A stretch of 64,000 nt of DNA from Ktedonobacteria bacterium (GTDB taxonomy: Bacteria; Chloroflexota; Ktedonobacteria; Ktedonobacterales; JACDGC01). The notes under the pieces are model-generated. The model saw only the letters and a program-made list of their open reading frames with translations. It did not search any database and was not told the DNA's origin. The stretch spans positions 3,704-67,703 of the forward strand of contig DAIDIC010000143.1 in assembly GCA_027459525.1 (NCBI GenBank). Direction: 5' to 3'. Position numbers and translations under genes: made by a program. Below, piece by piece: positions 45,910-54,262 of the stretch. Every line of letters begins with the position of its first letter. Positions within the stretch are counted from its first letter, which is position 1.

Positions 45910-46026
45910 TTATACACCGCGGCGCTGGCGCATTTTGCGGATAATATTGCGCTTACGGCGGGCAAGCAGGCCGTGGCGTTTGTTGCGCGCGCGCAGTCTG
46001 GCGACTGTGGCTCCTTTTCCGGACAT
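45910..46026 (-). CDS. Candidate 38-aa highly basic small protein (MSGKGATVARLRARNKRHGLLARRKRNIIRKMRQRRGV)
   Basis: Own translation. The SD AAGAGGGA lies about 6-7 nt upstream of the ATG at 46026. The stop is 14 nt before the NUDIX start on the same strand. It is not in the ORF track (under 60 aa). Confidence 0.45.
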   Translation of the reverse strand: MSGKGATVARLRARNKRHGLLARRKRNIIRKMRQRRGV

Positions 46027-46374
46027 GATTTTCCCTCTTTCTTAAATTCTGACGGCAGCAATAGCGCAAAAATTATCGAAACTGCGCAGCGCCGAACGTG
46101 TTTAGTATATCACAGACCATACAATTGCTCATAATGATAAGAAAAAATATCTTTTTGCATATCTTGCTAAACTACGCGACAAAATAGCATATAATATACA
46201 AGTGGTATGCGGGGTATCTGCGCACAAACCGCATAAAAATTAATTTCAGGGGATTTGCGCGGCAAAAAAACGATTCTTCATACGATACGGCAAATGAACC
46301 GGCGCAAATCATATGTTTGCTAAAATATGAAGCCATTTGCTGGTTATGAGGCGCCGCGGCGCGCATTTTCGTTA

Positions 46375-46911
46375 ATGGAGCAGAAGTTTATGACTTCACA
46401 ACAACCAAGTCTTGGCTCTTCTCAGGCTATAAAAAGCTCGGTAAAATGGGGAGTAATTATTGGCTTATCTAGTTATGTGTTATCAATCATGATCAATATG
46501 ACAGAGAAATTTATTTTGCAATCCGGCGGAACAAACGCACAAACGAATCCGGGATTGCTGATACCCATATGCTTAGGCCTTTTTATCCTTGTATTCGCCA
46601 CATACATTGCCGGCTACCTGCCCGCAATGGAGACCGGAACCTATGCGCCGGGAATTGCCTCTGCGCTATTATCATATATCTTATCCGCATTATTGGAAAA
46701 ATTATACCTTCCCAACTTGCCCGGTTCGCCTACTGTAGTACAAACAAACACCAACGCCATAGTGGCGTTTATCACTAATGTAGTCGGGTTAATTCTTGTT
46801 TTGCTTATCATTACAGGAGTCGGCTGGCTTGGAGCCTTTTATGGCTGCAAACATCGCAACAACCCAAAAAAGAAAAAAAACGCAAAAAAAATAACTTCTG
46901 TTCCGGAATAA
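46375..46911 (+). CDS. Hypothetical 4-TM membrane protein with polybasic tail
   Basis: Hydrophobic segments and a C-terminal KHRNNPKKKKNAKK. The start is uncertain (46327 or 46375). It ends 10 nt before the Mrr-like gene. Confidence 0.55.
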   Translation: MEQKFMTSQQPSLGSSQAIKSSVKWGVIIGLSSYVLSIMINMTEKFILQSGGTNAQTNPGLLIPICLGLFILVFATYIAGYLPAMETGTYAPGIASALLSYILSALLEKLYLPNLPGSPTVVQTNTNAIVAFITNVVGLILVLLIITGVGWLGAFYGCKHRNNPKKKKNAKKITSVPE

Positions 46912-46921
46912 GGATATTTTT

Positions 46922-47563
46922 ATGCTAAAAGTAAAGAAAAAACAGCGCTTTCCACTTATCGGACTAATCTTGTTTCTCATATTTATGGCTTTTTATGTTA
47001 TAACCGATAATTCCCAAAATCAGTTTTTTCCTTTCATTGCAGCCATTACTGTGTTAGTCTTGGTTTTTATTATAGCGCCCATATTTCTTATCACTATGGC
47101 GCGGCGCTCGGGGGTAAACAATTTTATTTCACACTTGGCGTCTCCGGCAAAAACATTTCATGCGCAGTCACTTGCAGAGATGCAGAAAATGACACCAGCA
47201 GAATTTGAACACTTTGTTGGCTCTTTATTTCAAAAACAGGGATACAACGTTCGGGTAACCGGCAAAACCGGCGATAACGGCATTGATATTGAATTAATTT
47301 CAAATAGCAATGGCGAGCAAAAACGCAGCGTCGTGCAATGCAAACGATACAAAGGATCGGTTGGGGAAAGCATTGTCCGTGAATTTTATGGATCGTTCGC
47401 CGGCGCCGCGGAACAAGGCTATTTAATAACGACAGGAACGTTTACGGAACCCGCAAAAAAATGGGTGAGAAATCGGCCGCTAATATTAATCGATGGGCAC
47501 GAATTAGTTCGCTGGGCAACGCGAGTAACACAGCCAACTACTGAAAAATCAGGCGTTGTTTAA
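46922..47563 (+). CDS. Membrane-anchored Mrr-type restriction-endonuclease-domain protein (paralogue of 17284-17940)
   Basis: Two N-terminal TM helices. The core is FEHFVGSLFQKQGY...GDNGIDIEL...VVQCKRYKGSVGESIVREFYG...GYLITTGTFT. Confidence 0.75.
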   Translation: MLKVKKKQRFPLIGLILFLIFMAFYVITDNSQNQFFPFIAAITVLVLVFIIAPIFLITMARRSGVNNFISHLASPAKTFHAQSLAEMQKMTPAEFEHFVGSLFQKQGYNVRVTGKTGDNGIDIELISNSNGEQKRSVVQCKRYKGSVGESIVREFYGSFAGAAEQGYLITTGTFTEPAKKWVRNRPLILIDGHELVRWATRVTQPTTEKSGVV

Positions 47564-47611
47564 GTCTTAGTCCAAACAAAAACAACGCCACACAGCAACA
47601 AAAATCAAAAT

Positions 47612-48346
47612 TTATTCAGCGCCGGCAGAAGAATCACTATCAATTGGTTTCCGGCGTGTGCGCTTTGGTTTTTCTACCGGTCCGGCGGAAGAATCGGCAG
47701 GCATATCACCATAAACACTAGGCTCCGATTTACTCGGAGCAATAGAAAAGCCGTTTCCCTGCGCTTCAACCGGCGGATAGAGCGGAGCAAACGTCACGGT
47801 GGGTGCTTGCGCCGCAGTGTTGTTGGAAAAAGTTACTTGCGCAGTAGGTGTCAGCGCAATATCTGGCGCGCGATTTTGCGTCGCCGTCCGCGCGCGAAAA
47901 TCTTTATTGGGGCGAGACGCTATAAACGAAGTGGCTCGTTCTTCAATCCAAACGACATCACCTTCCAGAATTGTGCGCATTTCCATTATCGCCTGCTGCG
48001 CCGCAGGATCAGATGCGCTTAACGGCAGTAAAGCGGTTAAACGCTCTATAACCAAGCGCTGATGATGGGCAAAAATACGCAATCGCTCTGGGTAAAGCTC
48101 TTGCGAAAGCACATATGCCGCAAAATCTGAAATATTTTGACTGGGAACTCCGCCGATAGCCGTTATACGATCTCGCAAGCCAATACAAATAGACACTTCA
48201 TGCGCGCCGATTCGCTGCATGGTGTTGCGTTCGCGGGGATCTGTCGCCATGGCAGTTAAACCAATCATGGCTTCGATAGCTGCCCGTTCTTCTTCTAACA
48301 TCTCGTTAAGCATTTTAATCATTTGCGAACCTGCTGCGCGCTGCAT
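47612..48346 (-). CDS. Hypothetical protein: N-terminal helical-bundle (ferritin-like impression) plus disordered C-terminal tail
   Basis: 244-aa ORF. The N-terminus reads LNEMLEEERAAIEAM...GAHEVSICIGLRDRITAIGG and the C-terminus is low complexity. The family assignment is weak. Confidence 0.45.
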   Translation of the reverse strand: MQRAAGSQMIKMLNEMLEEERAAIEAMIGLTAMATDPRERNTMQRIGAHEVSICIGLRDRITAIGGVPSQNISDFAAYVLSQELYPERLRIFAHHQRLVIERLTALLPLSASDPAAQQAIMEMRTILEGDVVWIEERATSFIASRPNKDFRARTATQNRAPDIALTPTAQVTFSNNTAAQAPTVTFAPLYPPVEAQGNGFSIAPSKSEPSVYGDMPADSSAGPVEKPKRTRRKPIDSDSSAGAE

Positions 48347-48500
48347 AGCATCCTCTTTATATACACGAAAATTTTGCGCAAATCAGCTGAAATGCGCCTG
48401 AAAACTATGTATAGTGTATCATATCGGCAAATTTTTTGCACATGATATAGTATCAATTCAGTATGCCGCAACACATGCGCGCGCCGCAATTTCTTAACGA

Positions 48501-49370
48501 TTAGGGCTTGCGCGCGCGAATAAAAGCGCCTGCAAATAACCCATCCAGCTTTGCGCGATCACTTTCTGAAATATCTGAAAAATCAGCGCCGCCGGCAATA
48601 GCGTCTTGCGCGCTATATCTTCTGGTTACTTCGATTTCAATATCTGTAAAGCCTGCCGCCGATAACAGATCACGATACTCACCATCTTCTAAAGCGCCGG
48701 CAATACAGCCCGCCCAAGCTTCCAGGCTTTGCCTGAATTGGCGCGCATATTCCGGAATATGCCCCAAAATCACAACATCCGAAACTGCAAAACGTCCGCC
48801 CGGCTTCAATACACGAAACGACTCTCGCAATACCTTGGCTTTATCAACAGAAAGATTTATGACACAATTGGAAATAATAACATGAACCGTTGCATCCGGT
48901 AAAGGAATTTCTTCAATTGTTCCCTTAAGAAACTGCACATTGTTACTATCTGCTTGCTTGCGATTGCGTTCCGCTAGTTCCAACATCTCGTCTGTCATAT
49001 CCAAACCATATACAAAGCCGGAAGGACCCACTCTGCGCGCTGACAAGAATACATCGATACCGCCGCCACTGCCTAAATCTAAAACTATTTCCCCTTCGCG
49101 TAAACTCGCCAAAGCAGTGGGATTGCCACAACCTAATGACGCCAACACGGCGGCAACAGGCGCGCCGGCAAGCTCGTCCTGAGTATAGATATTTGCTGAA
49201 ATAGGATCTTGTTCGCCACCGCAGCAGGCGGAACCACAGCAATTATTATTTTTGCTTCCGGTGGTATTCAAGGCGTTTTGCGCAACCTGCGCGTAACGAT
49301 TGCGTACAGATTCCTGTATAGTAGTATTGTCTGTTTGGTTACTCATTCTGTTTTGTTCCTTTCTTGACAC
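48501..49370 (-). CDS. arsM: Arsenite S-adenosylmethionine methyltransferase-like protein
   Basis: SAM motif VLDLGSGGGIDVFLSARRVGPSGFVYGLDMTDEML, plus VIISNCVINLS. Conserved Cys clusters are NNCCGSACCGG, LGCGNP and AGCIAG. Confidence 0.8.
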   Translation of the reverse strand: MSRKEQNRMSNQTDNTTIQESVRNRYAQVAQNALNTTGSKNNNCCGSACCGGEQDPISANIYTQDELAGAPVAAVLASLGCGNPTALASLREGEIVLDLGSGGGIDVFLSARRVGPSGFVYGLDMTDEMLELAERNRKQADSNNVQFLKGTIEEIPLPDATVHVIISNCVINLSVDKAKVLRESFRVLKPGGRFAVSDVVILGHIPEYARQFRQSLEAWAGCIAGALEDGEYRDLLSAAGFTDIEIEVTRRYSAQDAIAGGADFSDISESDRAKLDGLFAGAFIRARKP

Positions 49371-49435
49371 TCCGCATGGGCTAAAGCCGCAGCGGATTTT
49401 TGGTTCACCGGCGCGTTTATTTTCCAGATTTTCAC

Positions 49436-49479
49436 ATTACCAAGATAGCTTGACCAACCATGCAAACTATCTTGGTAAT
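49436..49479. promoter_or_regulatory. Perfect 13-bp inverted repeat upstream of arsM (candidate operator or hairpin)
   Basis: ATTACCAAGATAG (49436-49448), an 18-nt spacer, then CTATCTTGGTAAT (49467-49479). It lies 66-109 nt upstream of the arsM start. Confidence 0.45.
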
Positions 49480-49537
49480 ACGGCAAACACAAACTTCCCT
49501 TAGCTATTGAGCCGGCAGCGCTGTATATTTGCGTAAT

Positions 49538-49664
49538 CAGGCAGCATGGAACATCGGGAATGTACAAGGGGCGGCGCCCCTTGTACGGGGTTCTGGAGTA
49601 TCCCCAGACCGACCTTTGTTGCAGATACAAGAACTATGCGCTTCTCTTTCAAGCGAAAGTCTTA
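49538..49664 (+). mobile_element. Family-A TIR element, copy 8 (127 bp; 9-10 nt deleted from left terminus)
   Basis: It begins CAGGCAGCATGGAACATCGGG, which lacks ACTTTCGCT of the left TIR. The rest is near consensus with a perfect internal hairpin. Flanking 5-mers are GTAAT and ATAAT. Confidence 0.85.
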
Positions 49665-49779
49665 ATAATATATGAGCTTTTCAGCTCTTCATAAAAGATT
49701 GTACCAGATATATCGATAATTATCAATATATCTGGCGCATATCCAAATTTTGATCGCTGCCATTCCGGCAAAATGTTGC

Positions 49780-49809
49780 TTGACATTTTTATCTGCGATA
49801 ATGTATAGT
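49780..49809 (+). promoter_or_regulatory. Candidate sigma-70 promoter for the ABC-2 exporter operon
   Basis: TTGACA (49780-49785), an 18-nt spacer, then TATAGT (49804-49809). It lies about 345 nt upstream of the ATPase start. Confidence 0.4.
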
Positions 49810-49841
49810 TAATGTATTACCACCACAAAGGATAGCTTCAG

Positions 49842-49946
49842 ATGAAAATTAGGATATTGGCAACGCTTACCACAGCATCTCGCTTTGCTGTACGGCCCCT
49901 CCATGCCTTTGTTCCTGCTATCCGCACTGTAATAGATATCTATTAA
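49842..49946 (+). CDS. Candidate 34-codon leader ORF (MKIRILATLTTASRFAVRPLHAFVPAIRTVIDIY)
   Basis: Own translation. AAGGA lies about 9 nt upstream of the ATG at 49842. The ORF sits inside the long leader between the candidate promoter and the ABC ATPase gene. Confidence 0.25.
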   Translation: MKIRILATLTTASRFAVRPLHAFVPAIRTVIDIY

Positions 49947-50154
49947 GTTCTTCCATTACTTGCCAGCGGCGTTTCAAAGCAGGAGCTTTCCCAGCTGACT
50001 GCCGCCCGCGCGCGTGACTCTCCCTTTTGTATATACATTGCGGCGCTGTGCTTTTGCGCTGGGATTTCCAGCCGGCCACACACAAGATTTTTTTGCTGTA
50101 ATCTTTTTACCGCAAACTTCACACATCAATTCAATACAAGAGGTATTTGCAGTT

Positions 50155-51111
50155 ATGCGCCAATTACTACCAGACGCCAAAGACCCAGAAACGATAGCAG
50201 TCAATCGCAGAATAGCCGAAGCGCAAGCCTTAACAAATGGCTCGCAAGACGCGCTGATCATCAGCCATGTAAGCAAATATTTTATAAAAGGAAGCAATGG
50301 GCCGCTGTTTTATATTAAAAAAATGCTGCGTCCTTCACAAAAACCAGCGCAACCTACACATCAAAGGGTTATCCGCGCCTTAGATGATGTTTCACTCACA
50401 GTAAAACGCAATACAATTATTGGGGTATTAGGTTCAAATGGATCCGGAAAATCTACATTAATCCGAGCAATTTCAACCCTGCTTATTCCCGATAAAGGCA
50501 GTGTAAAAGTATTCGATCACGATGTTATTGCCGAACGCGATACGGTTCAGCGCCTCATAAACAGAGTAAGCGTTGAAGCGTCATTTTTTCGGAGGCTTAG
50601 CCCCATTGAAAATTTAATGTATTCGGCGCGGCTATATAACGTCCCCGGCCCAGAAGCGCGCCGGCAAATTCACGCTTTGCTGAACCGTTTAGGTATACGC
50701 AAAGAACGCCGCAATCACCCGATTGAAGATATGTCACGCGGGATGCAACAAAAAGTTGCCATTGCCCGCGCGTTTCTTACATCACCGATATTATTGCTGC
50801 TGGATGAGCCAACAACCGGACTGGATCCGCGATCAAAAGCAGAAGTGCAGCAATTTATTCTGGAATTGCGCGCCAATCACGACGCCACCATTCTGCTGAC
50901 AACCCACGACATGGATGAGGCGGAAGCGCTGTGCGACTCTATCGCAATTATTGATAACGGCCGCATAGCCGCATTAAACACCGCCGCAGAACTGCGTACG
51001 CAAATTGGCGCAGAAATGGGATTAAGCGGCCCCGCCACATTGCACGATGTGTTTATGTGGTATACCGGCCGCGCATGGAAAGAAGATGAAGAAGATGATG
51101 ATAATGAATAG
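50155..51111 (+). CDS. ABC transporter ATP-binding protein (ABC-2 exporter type)
   Basis: Walker A GSNGSGKST, signature MSRGMQQK and Walker B LLLLDEPTTGLD. The ATG at 50155 (AGAGG upstream) is preferred over the ORF opening at 50014. Confidence 0.85.
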   Translation: MRQLLPDAKDPETIAVNRRIAEAQALTNGSQDALIISHVSKYFIKGSNGPLFYIKKMLRPSQKPAQPTHQRVIRALDDVSLTVKRNTIIGVLGSNGSGKSTLIRAISTLLIPDKGSVKVFDHDVIAERDTVQRLINRVSVEASFFRRLSPIENLMYSARLYNVPGPEARRQIHALLNRLGIRKERRNHPIEDMSRGMQQKVAIARAFLTSPILLLLDEPTTGLDPRSKAEVQQFILELRANHDATILLTTHDMDEAEALCDSIAIIDNGRIAALNTAAELRTQIGAEMGLSGPATLHDVFMWYTGRAWKEDEEDDDNE

Positions 51112-51125
51112 GAGTATATACAGTC

Positions 51126-51974
51126 ATGCAGTCCTTTGAGCAGTCTGTTCAACGAAATAGCCGGGTGGCGCTGGCCTTTTTAGAACGCAACTTTAACCTG
51201 ACAAAACGCTATTGGGCTTGGGAGTTGGTATGGATAACATATAACATTGTGAATGGTATATCAGTTACCTATATCGCTGCCGGCGCCAATGCTGTTATAC
51301 CGGGATTTCATATTTCGCAAAGCCAGTTAAACACCGCCATTCTGGTCTTGGTAATCGGCACTGCAGTGTGGTCATATATCTCCACCTGTTTCGACGATGT
51401 CGCCATGTTGTTTACTATTGAAAAATGGGAAGGCACACTAGAATATACCTTTATGGCGCCTATTAAACGAGTTACCATGATGTTTGGAGCCAGCATATAC
51501 GCAGTTATTCACGGTTTTGTGCTGACCGCAATCCAACTGGTAGTTATGGCGATGTTTTTCCACATCGATTTAAGCAAAGCTAATTTTTGGACCGCAATTC
51601 TCATATTGCTGCTAGGCACGGCGTCATTCATCGGCTTTGGGTTTATTACCGCAGTGCTGCCAATGCTTTTTACGGAATATGGGGACAAAATGGGGTTCAT
51701 CGTTCGGTCTGTTATTCTGTTAGTTTCGGGAGTATACTACCCAGTAACGGTTTTACCCAAGTGGATGCAAACGCTTTCAGCAATTTCGCCTGCGACATAT
51801 GTTTTAGATGGCTTGCGCCGCAGTTTAATCAATGGGCAGCCTATTTGGCAAATGTGGAGCAGCGTAATCATTCTGGTTATTTCCGGCGCAATATCCATAC
51901 CGGCTGGATTATGGGTCTTCCGAAAAGGAGAAGAATACGCCAAACGAACCGGCAAATTAAAACGCAACGGATAA
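51126..51974 (+). CDS. ABC-2 type transporter permease
   Basis: 282-aa ORF with 6 hydrophobic helices, immediately downstream of the ATPase. Confidence 0.8.
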   Translation: MQSFEQSVQRNSRVALAFLERNFNLTKRYWAWELVWITYNIVNGISVTYIAAGANAVIPGFHISQSQLNTAILVLVIGTAVWSYISTCFDDVAMLFTIEKWEGTLEYTFMAPIKRVTMMFGASIYAVIHGFVLTAIQLVVMAMFFHIDLSKANFWTAILILLLGTASFIGFGFITAVLPMLFTEYGDKMGFIVRSVILLVSGVYYPVTVLPKWMQTLSAISPATYVLDGLRRSLINGQPIWQMWSSVIILVISGAISIPAGLWVFRKGEEYAKRTGKLKRNG

Positions 51975-52117
51975 TTTACTTAGCGCTGCGGCAAAACAGA
52001 GCAAAGATATACATGAGGCAGGCGCCAAGACTTTTACAGGTTTTTGGCGCATTCCCCAATAAACGTATATTGCTGCAGTTTATAACAAAACATACATACA
52101 CACATACGAGGATAGTT

Positions 52118-53407
52118 ATGTCGAATATTTTTGATTGGCAAAAGCCGCAGGAACGCGCTTTTCTTATTGCGGTAAATTCCAAAAAGGCCGACACCCACTG
52201 GAGTGTAGAAGATTCCTTGGCGGAATTGGCTTCTTTGGCAAAAACTGCCGGAGCCGAAGTTGTAGGAACCGCAGTTCAGCAATTGGAAAAGCCCGACCCG
52301 CGCACCTATTTCGGCAAAGGCCGCGCAGAAGAATTGGTTGGATTGTGCAGCGCTGTAGACGCTTCATTGATTATAGCTGATGATGAGCTGACCCCAAACC
52401 AACAACTGCATCTTGAAGAAATCCTAAAAATGGACGTTATCGACCGCACCGCGCTGATATTAGATATTTTCGCGCTCCATGCGCGATCTCGCGAGGGGCA
52501 AATGCAAGTGGAACTGGCGCAATATGAATATCAACTGCCACGGCTTTTGGGGCTGCGCAATCACCTCTCTCGGCAAGCCGGCGGCGCTATCGGTGGGGCT
52601 ATCGGCACACGCGGCCCCGGCGAAACACGGCTGGAGGTAAATCGACGCCGCGTGCGCGACCGCATTGCCGAATTAAAGCAGGAAATTAACCTTATCAGCC
52701 GGCATAGAGATCTGCAGCATAAACAGCGCAAATTTGAAATGGTTCCCGTTGTAGCGCTGGTTGGCTACACAAACGCCGGTAAATCAACCTTATTTAACAC
52801 ACTTACATCGGCGGATACTCTGGCAGAAAATATTTTGTTTGCAACACTAGACCCCACAACCAGACAATTAACGCTGCCAGGTCATCAAGAAGCGCTGCTG
52901 AGCGACACCGTGGGCTTTATTCAAAAATTGCCCACAAGCTTGGTTACCGCGTTCCGCGCAACGTTAGAGGAAGCTCGCGAAGCAGATTTGCTGTTGGAAG
53001 TAGTAGATATTTCTCACGAAAACGCAATTGAACAAAACTTAACGGTGTTTGATGTGCTAAAAAGTCTGAAATTAGCTGATAAACCACGGATTACTGCATT
53101 AAATAAAATTGACGCGGTGACAGATCGCGCAGCAATTGATACAACTCTGTACCAAAACCCAACGCTTATTTCTGCGCACTCCGGAGAAGGCAAACAGCAG
53201 CTTTTAGAAGCCATCAGCGCGCAATTAACCGCCAACATGCAGCCATTCCGCGCATTTCTGCCGTTTCAGCGCGGCGATTTAGTGGAAATAATTCACCGCC
53301 GCGGTTTAGTTTCGAAAGAAATATACGCCGCCGATGGCATACACATAGAAGGCCGCATTCCTGCGCATTTGGAAAAATCTTTGCAGCAATACGCTATGGA
53401 AGATTAA
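52118..53407 (+). CDS. hflX: GTPase HflX
   Basis: The HflX N-domain (ERAFLIAV..., DELTPNQQLHLEE) is followed by the G-domain motifs GYTNAGKSTLFN, DTVGF and NKID. The ATG at 52118 follows GAGGA. The upstream part of ORF 51587-53407 overlaps the permease and is not coding. Confidence 0.9.
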   Translation: MSNIFDWQKPQERAFLIAVNSKKADTHWSVEDSLAELASLAKTAGAEVVGTAVQQLEKPDPRTYFGKGRAEELVGLCSAVDASLIIADDELTPNQQLHLEEILKMDVIDRTALILDIFALHARSREGQMQVELAQYEYQLPRLLGLRNHLSRQAGGAIGGAIGTRGPGETRLEVNRRRVRDRIAELKQEINLISRHRDLQHKQRKFEMVPVVALVGYTNAGKSTLFNTLTSADTLAENILFATLDPTTRQLTLPGHQEALLSDTVGFIQKLPTSLVTAFRATLEEAREADLLLEVVDISHENAIEQNLTVFDVLKSLKLADKPRITALNKIDAVTDRAAIDTTLYQNPTLISAHSGEGKQQLLEAISAQLTANMQPFRAFLPFQRGDLVEIIHRRGLVSKEIYAADGIHIEGRIPAHLEKSLQQYAMED

Positions 53408-53457
53408 ATATCCCAACGATAGATCTTTGGCGCACATACAAAACACTTGCAAATATC

Positions 53458-53480
53458 GCACTATTGTGACACAATAGTGC
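53458..53480. promoter_or_regulatory. Perfect 23-bp palindrome between hflX and the ECF operon
   Basis: GCACTATTGTG-A-CACAATAGTGC. It lies 51 nt after the hflX stop and 87 nt or more before the S-component start. Confidence 0.45.
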
Positions 53481-53566
53481 CATAACATTGATTTAATCAA
53501 GAAATGGCATTCATTTCGATATCTATTCAGAGCTGAGTGACTGTCGTTTCTTAAATCAAGCAAATA

Positions 53567-54208
53567 ATGTTGTTTGCATCAATTCTTCCAAGAGGTATGA
53601 TATCTCCTATGTCAATGGCTACGACAGAACAGCGCAGCGGCCCATTCACACTTACCACCACACGCATCGTTACAGCGGCCGTGCTGATTGCGATTACGCT
53701 GATACTCGGCTTCGTTCCAAACCTTGGCTTCATTCCAATACCAAATCTTACAGGCAGCGCAACTACCGAACATATCCCCACTATTTTAGGTTCAGTTTTA
53801 GAAGGCCCCTTGGTTGGCGGAGTTACCGGCTTAACTTTTGGCTTGCTTAGCTTTACGCGAGCAACGGTACCAGCATTTAAAGATCCAATAGTGGCAATTC
53901 TGCCGCGTATTCTCATTGGCATTACGCCTTGGCTGGTATATCAGCCATTGAAACGCATTCAGGCAGATTTCGCCGCCGGAGTCGCCGGTTTAGTCGGTTC
54001 ACTCACAAACTCCTTTTTTGTGCTGTTTTTCGCAATCATTCGCGGCTACTTTCCGTCTACAATTATTGTCGCTGTAATTCCGCAAGTAATTGCTGAGGCG
54101 ATTTTGGCGACAGTTGCTACAATTGCAATCGCTCGCGCAGTTACCATTGTGCGCAATCAACTGCTGTACGCGCCGGATAAAAAAGATCGCTCGAAAATGG
54201 AATATTGA
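53567..54208 (+). CDS. ECF transporter substrate-specific (S) component
   Basis: About 6 hydrophobic helices. It is followed directly by ECF ATPase and T genes. The start is uncertain (53567, 53597, 53609 or 53615). Substrate specificity could not be determined. Confidence 0.65.
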   Translation: MLFASILPRGMISPMSMATTEQRSGPFTLTTTRIVTAAVLIAITLILGFVPNLGFIPIPNLTGSATTEHIPTILGSVLEGPLVGGVTGLTFGLLSFTRATVPAFKDPIVAILPRILIGITPWLVYQPLKRIQADFAAGVAGLVGSLTNSFFVLFFAIIRGYFPSTIIVAVIPQVIAEAILATVATIAIARAVTIVRNQLLYAPDKKDRSKMEY

Positions 54209-54262
54209 TATTGGGCCTGCATAAAATATGCAGGTTTCTCCAATATAAAAGGCAGATGTCAC

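Noticed and set aside
45910-46026. Naming the 38-aa basic ORF as ribosomal protein bL34 (rpmH).
   Set aside because: Only a short RNKRHG-like stretch resembles bL34. The C-terminal half does not match and the usual rnpA/dnaA context is absent. It is kept as an unnamed candidate small protein.
50014-50154. An upstream extension of the ABC ATPase ORF (MTLPFVYTLRRCAF...).
   Set aside because: It has no ABC-like sequence. An in-frame ATG at 50155 has an AGAGG upstream and gives a normal distance to Walker A.
51587-52117. A 177-codon N-terminal extension of the hflX ORF overlaps the ABC-2 permease gene.
   Set aside because: The extension has no HflX-like sequence and overlaps a well-supported membrane-protein gene in another frame. 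A good ATG with GAGGA lies at 52118, where the HflX homology begins.
53481-53566. A possible riboswitch in the leader of the ECF S-component gene, and likewise upstream of tdh (42820-43059).
   Set aside because: I could not recognise any known riboswitch core (THI-box, FMN, preQ1, glycine and others) by eye. This would need cmscan to settle.
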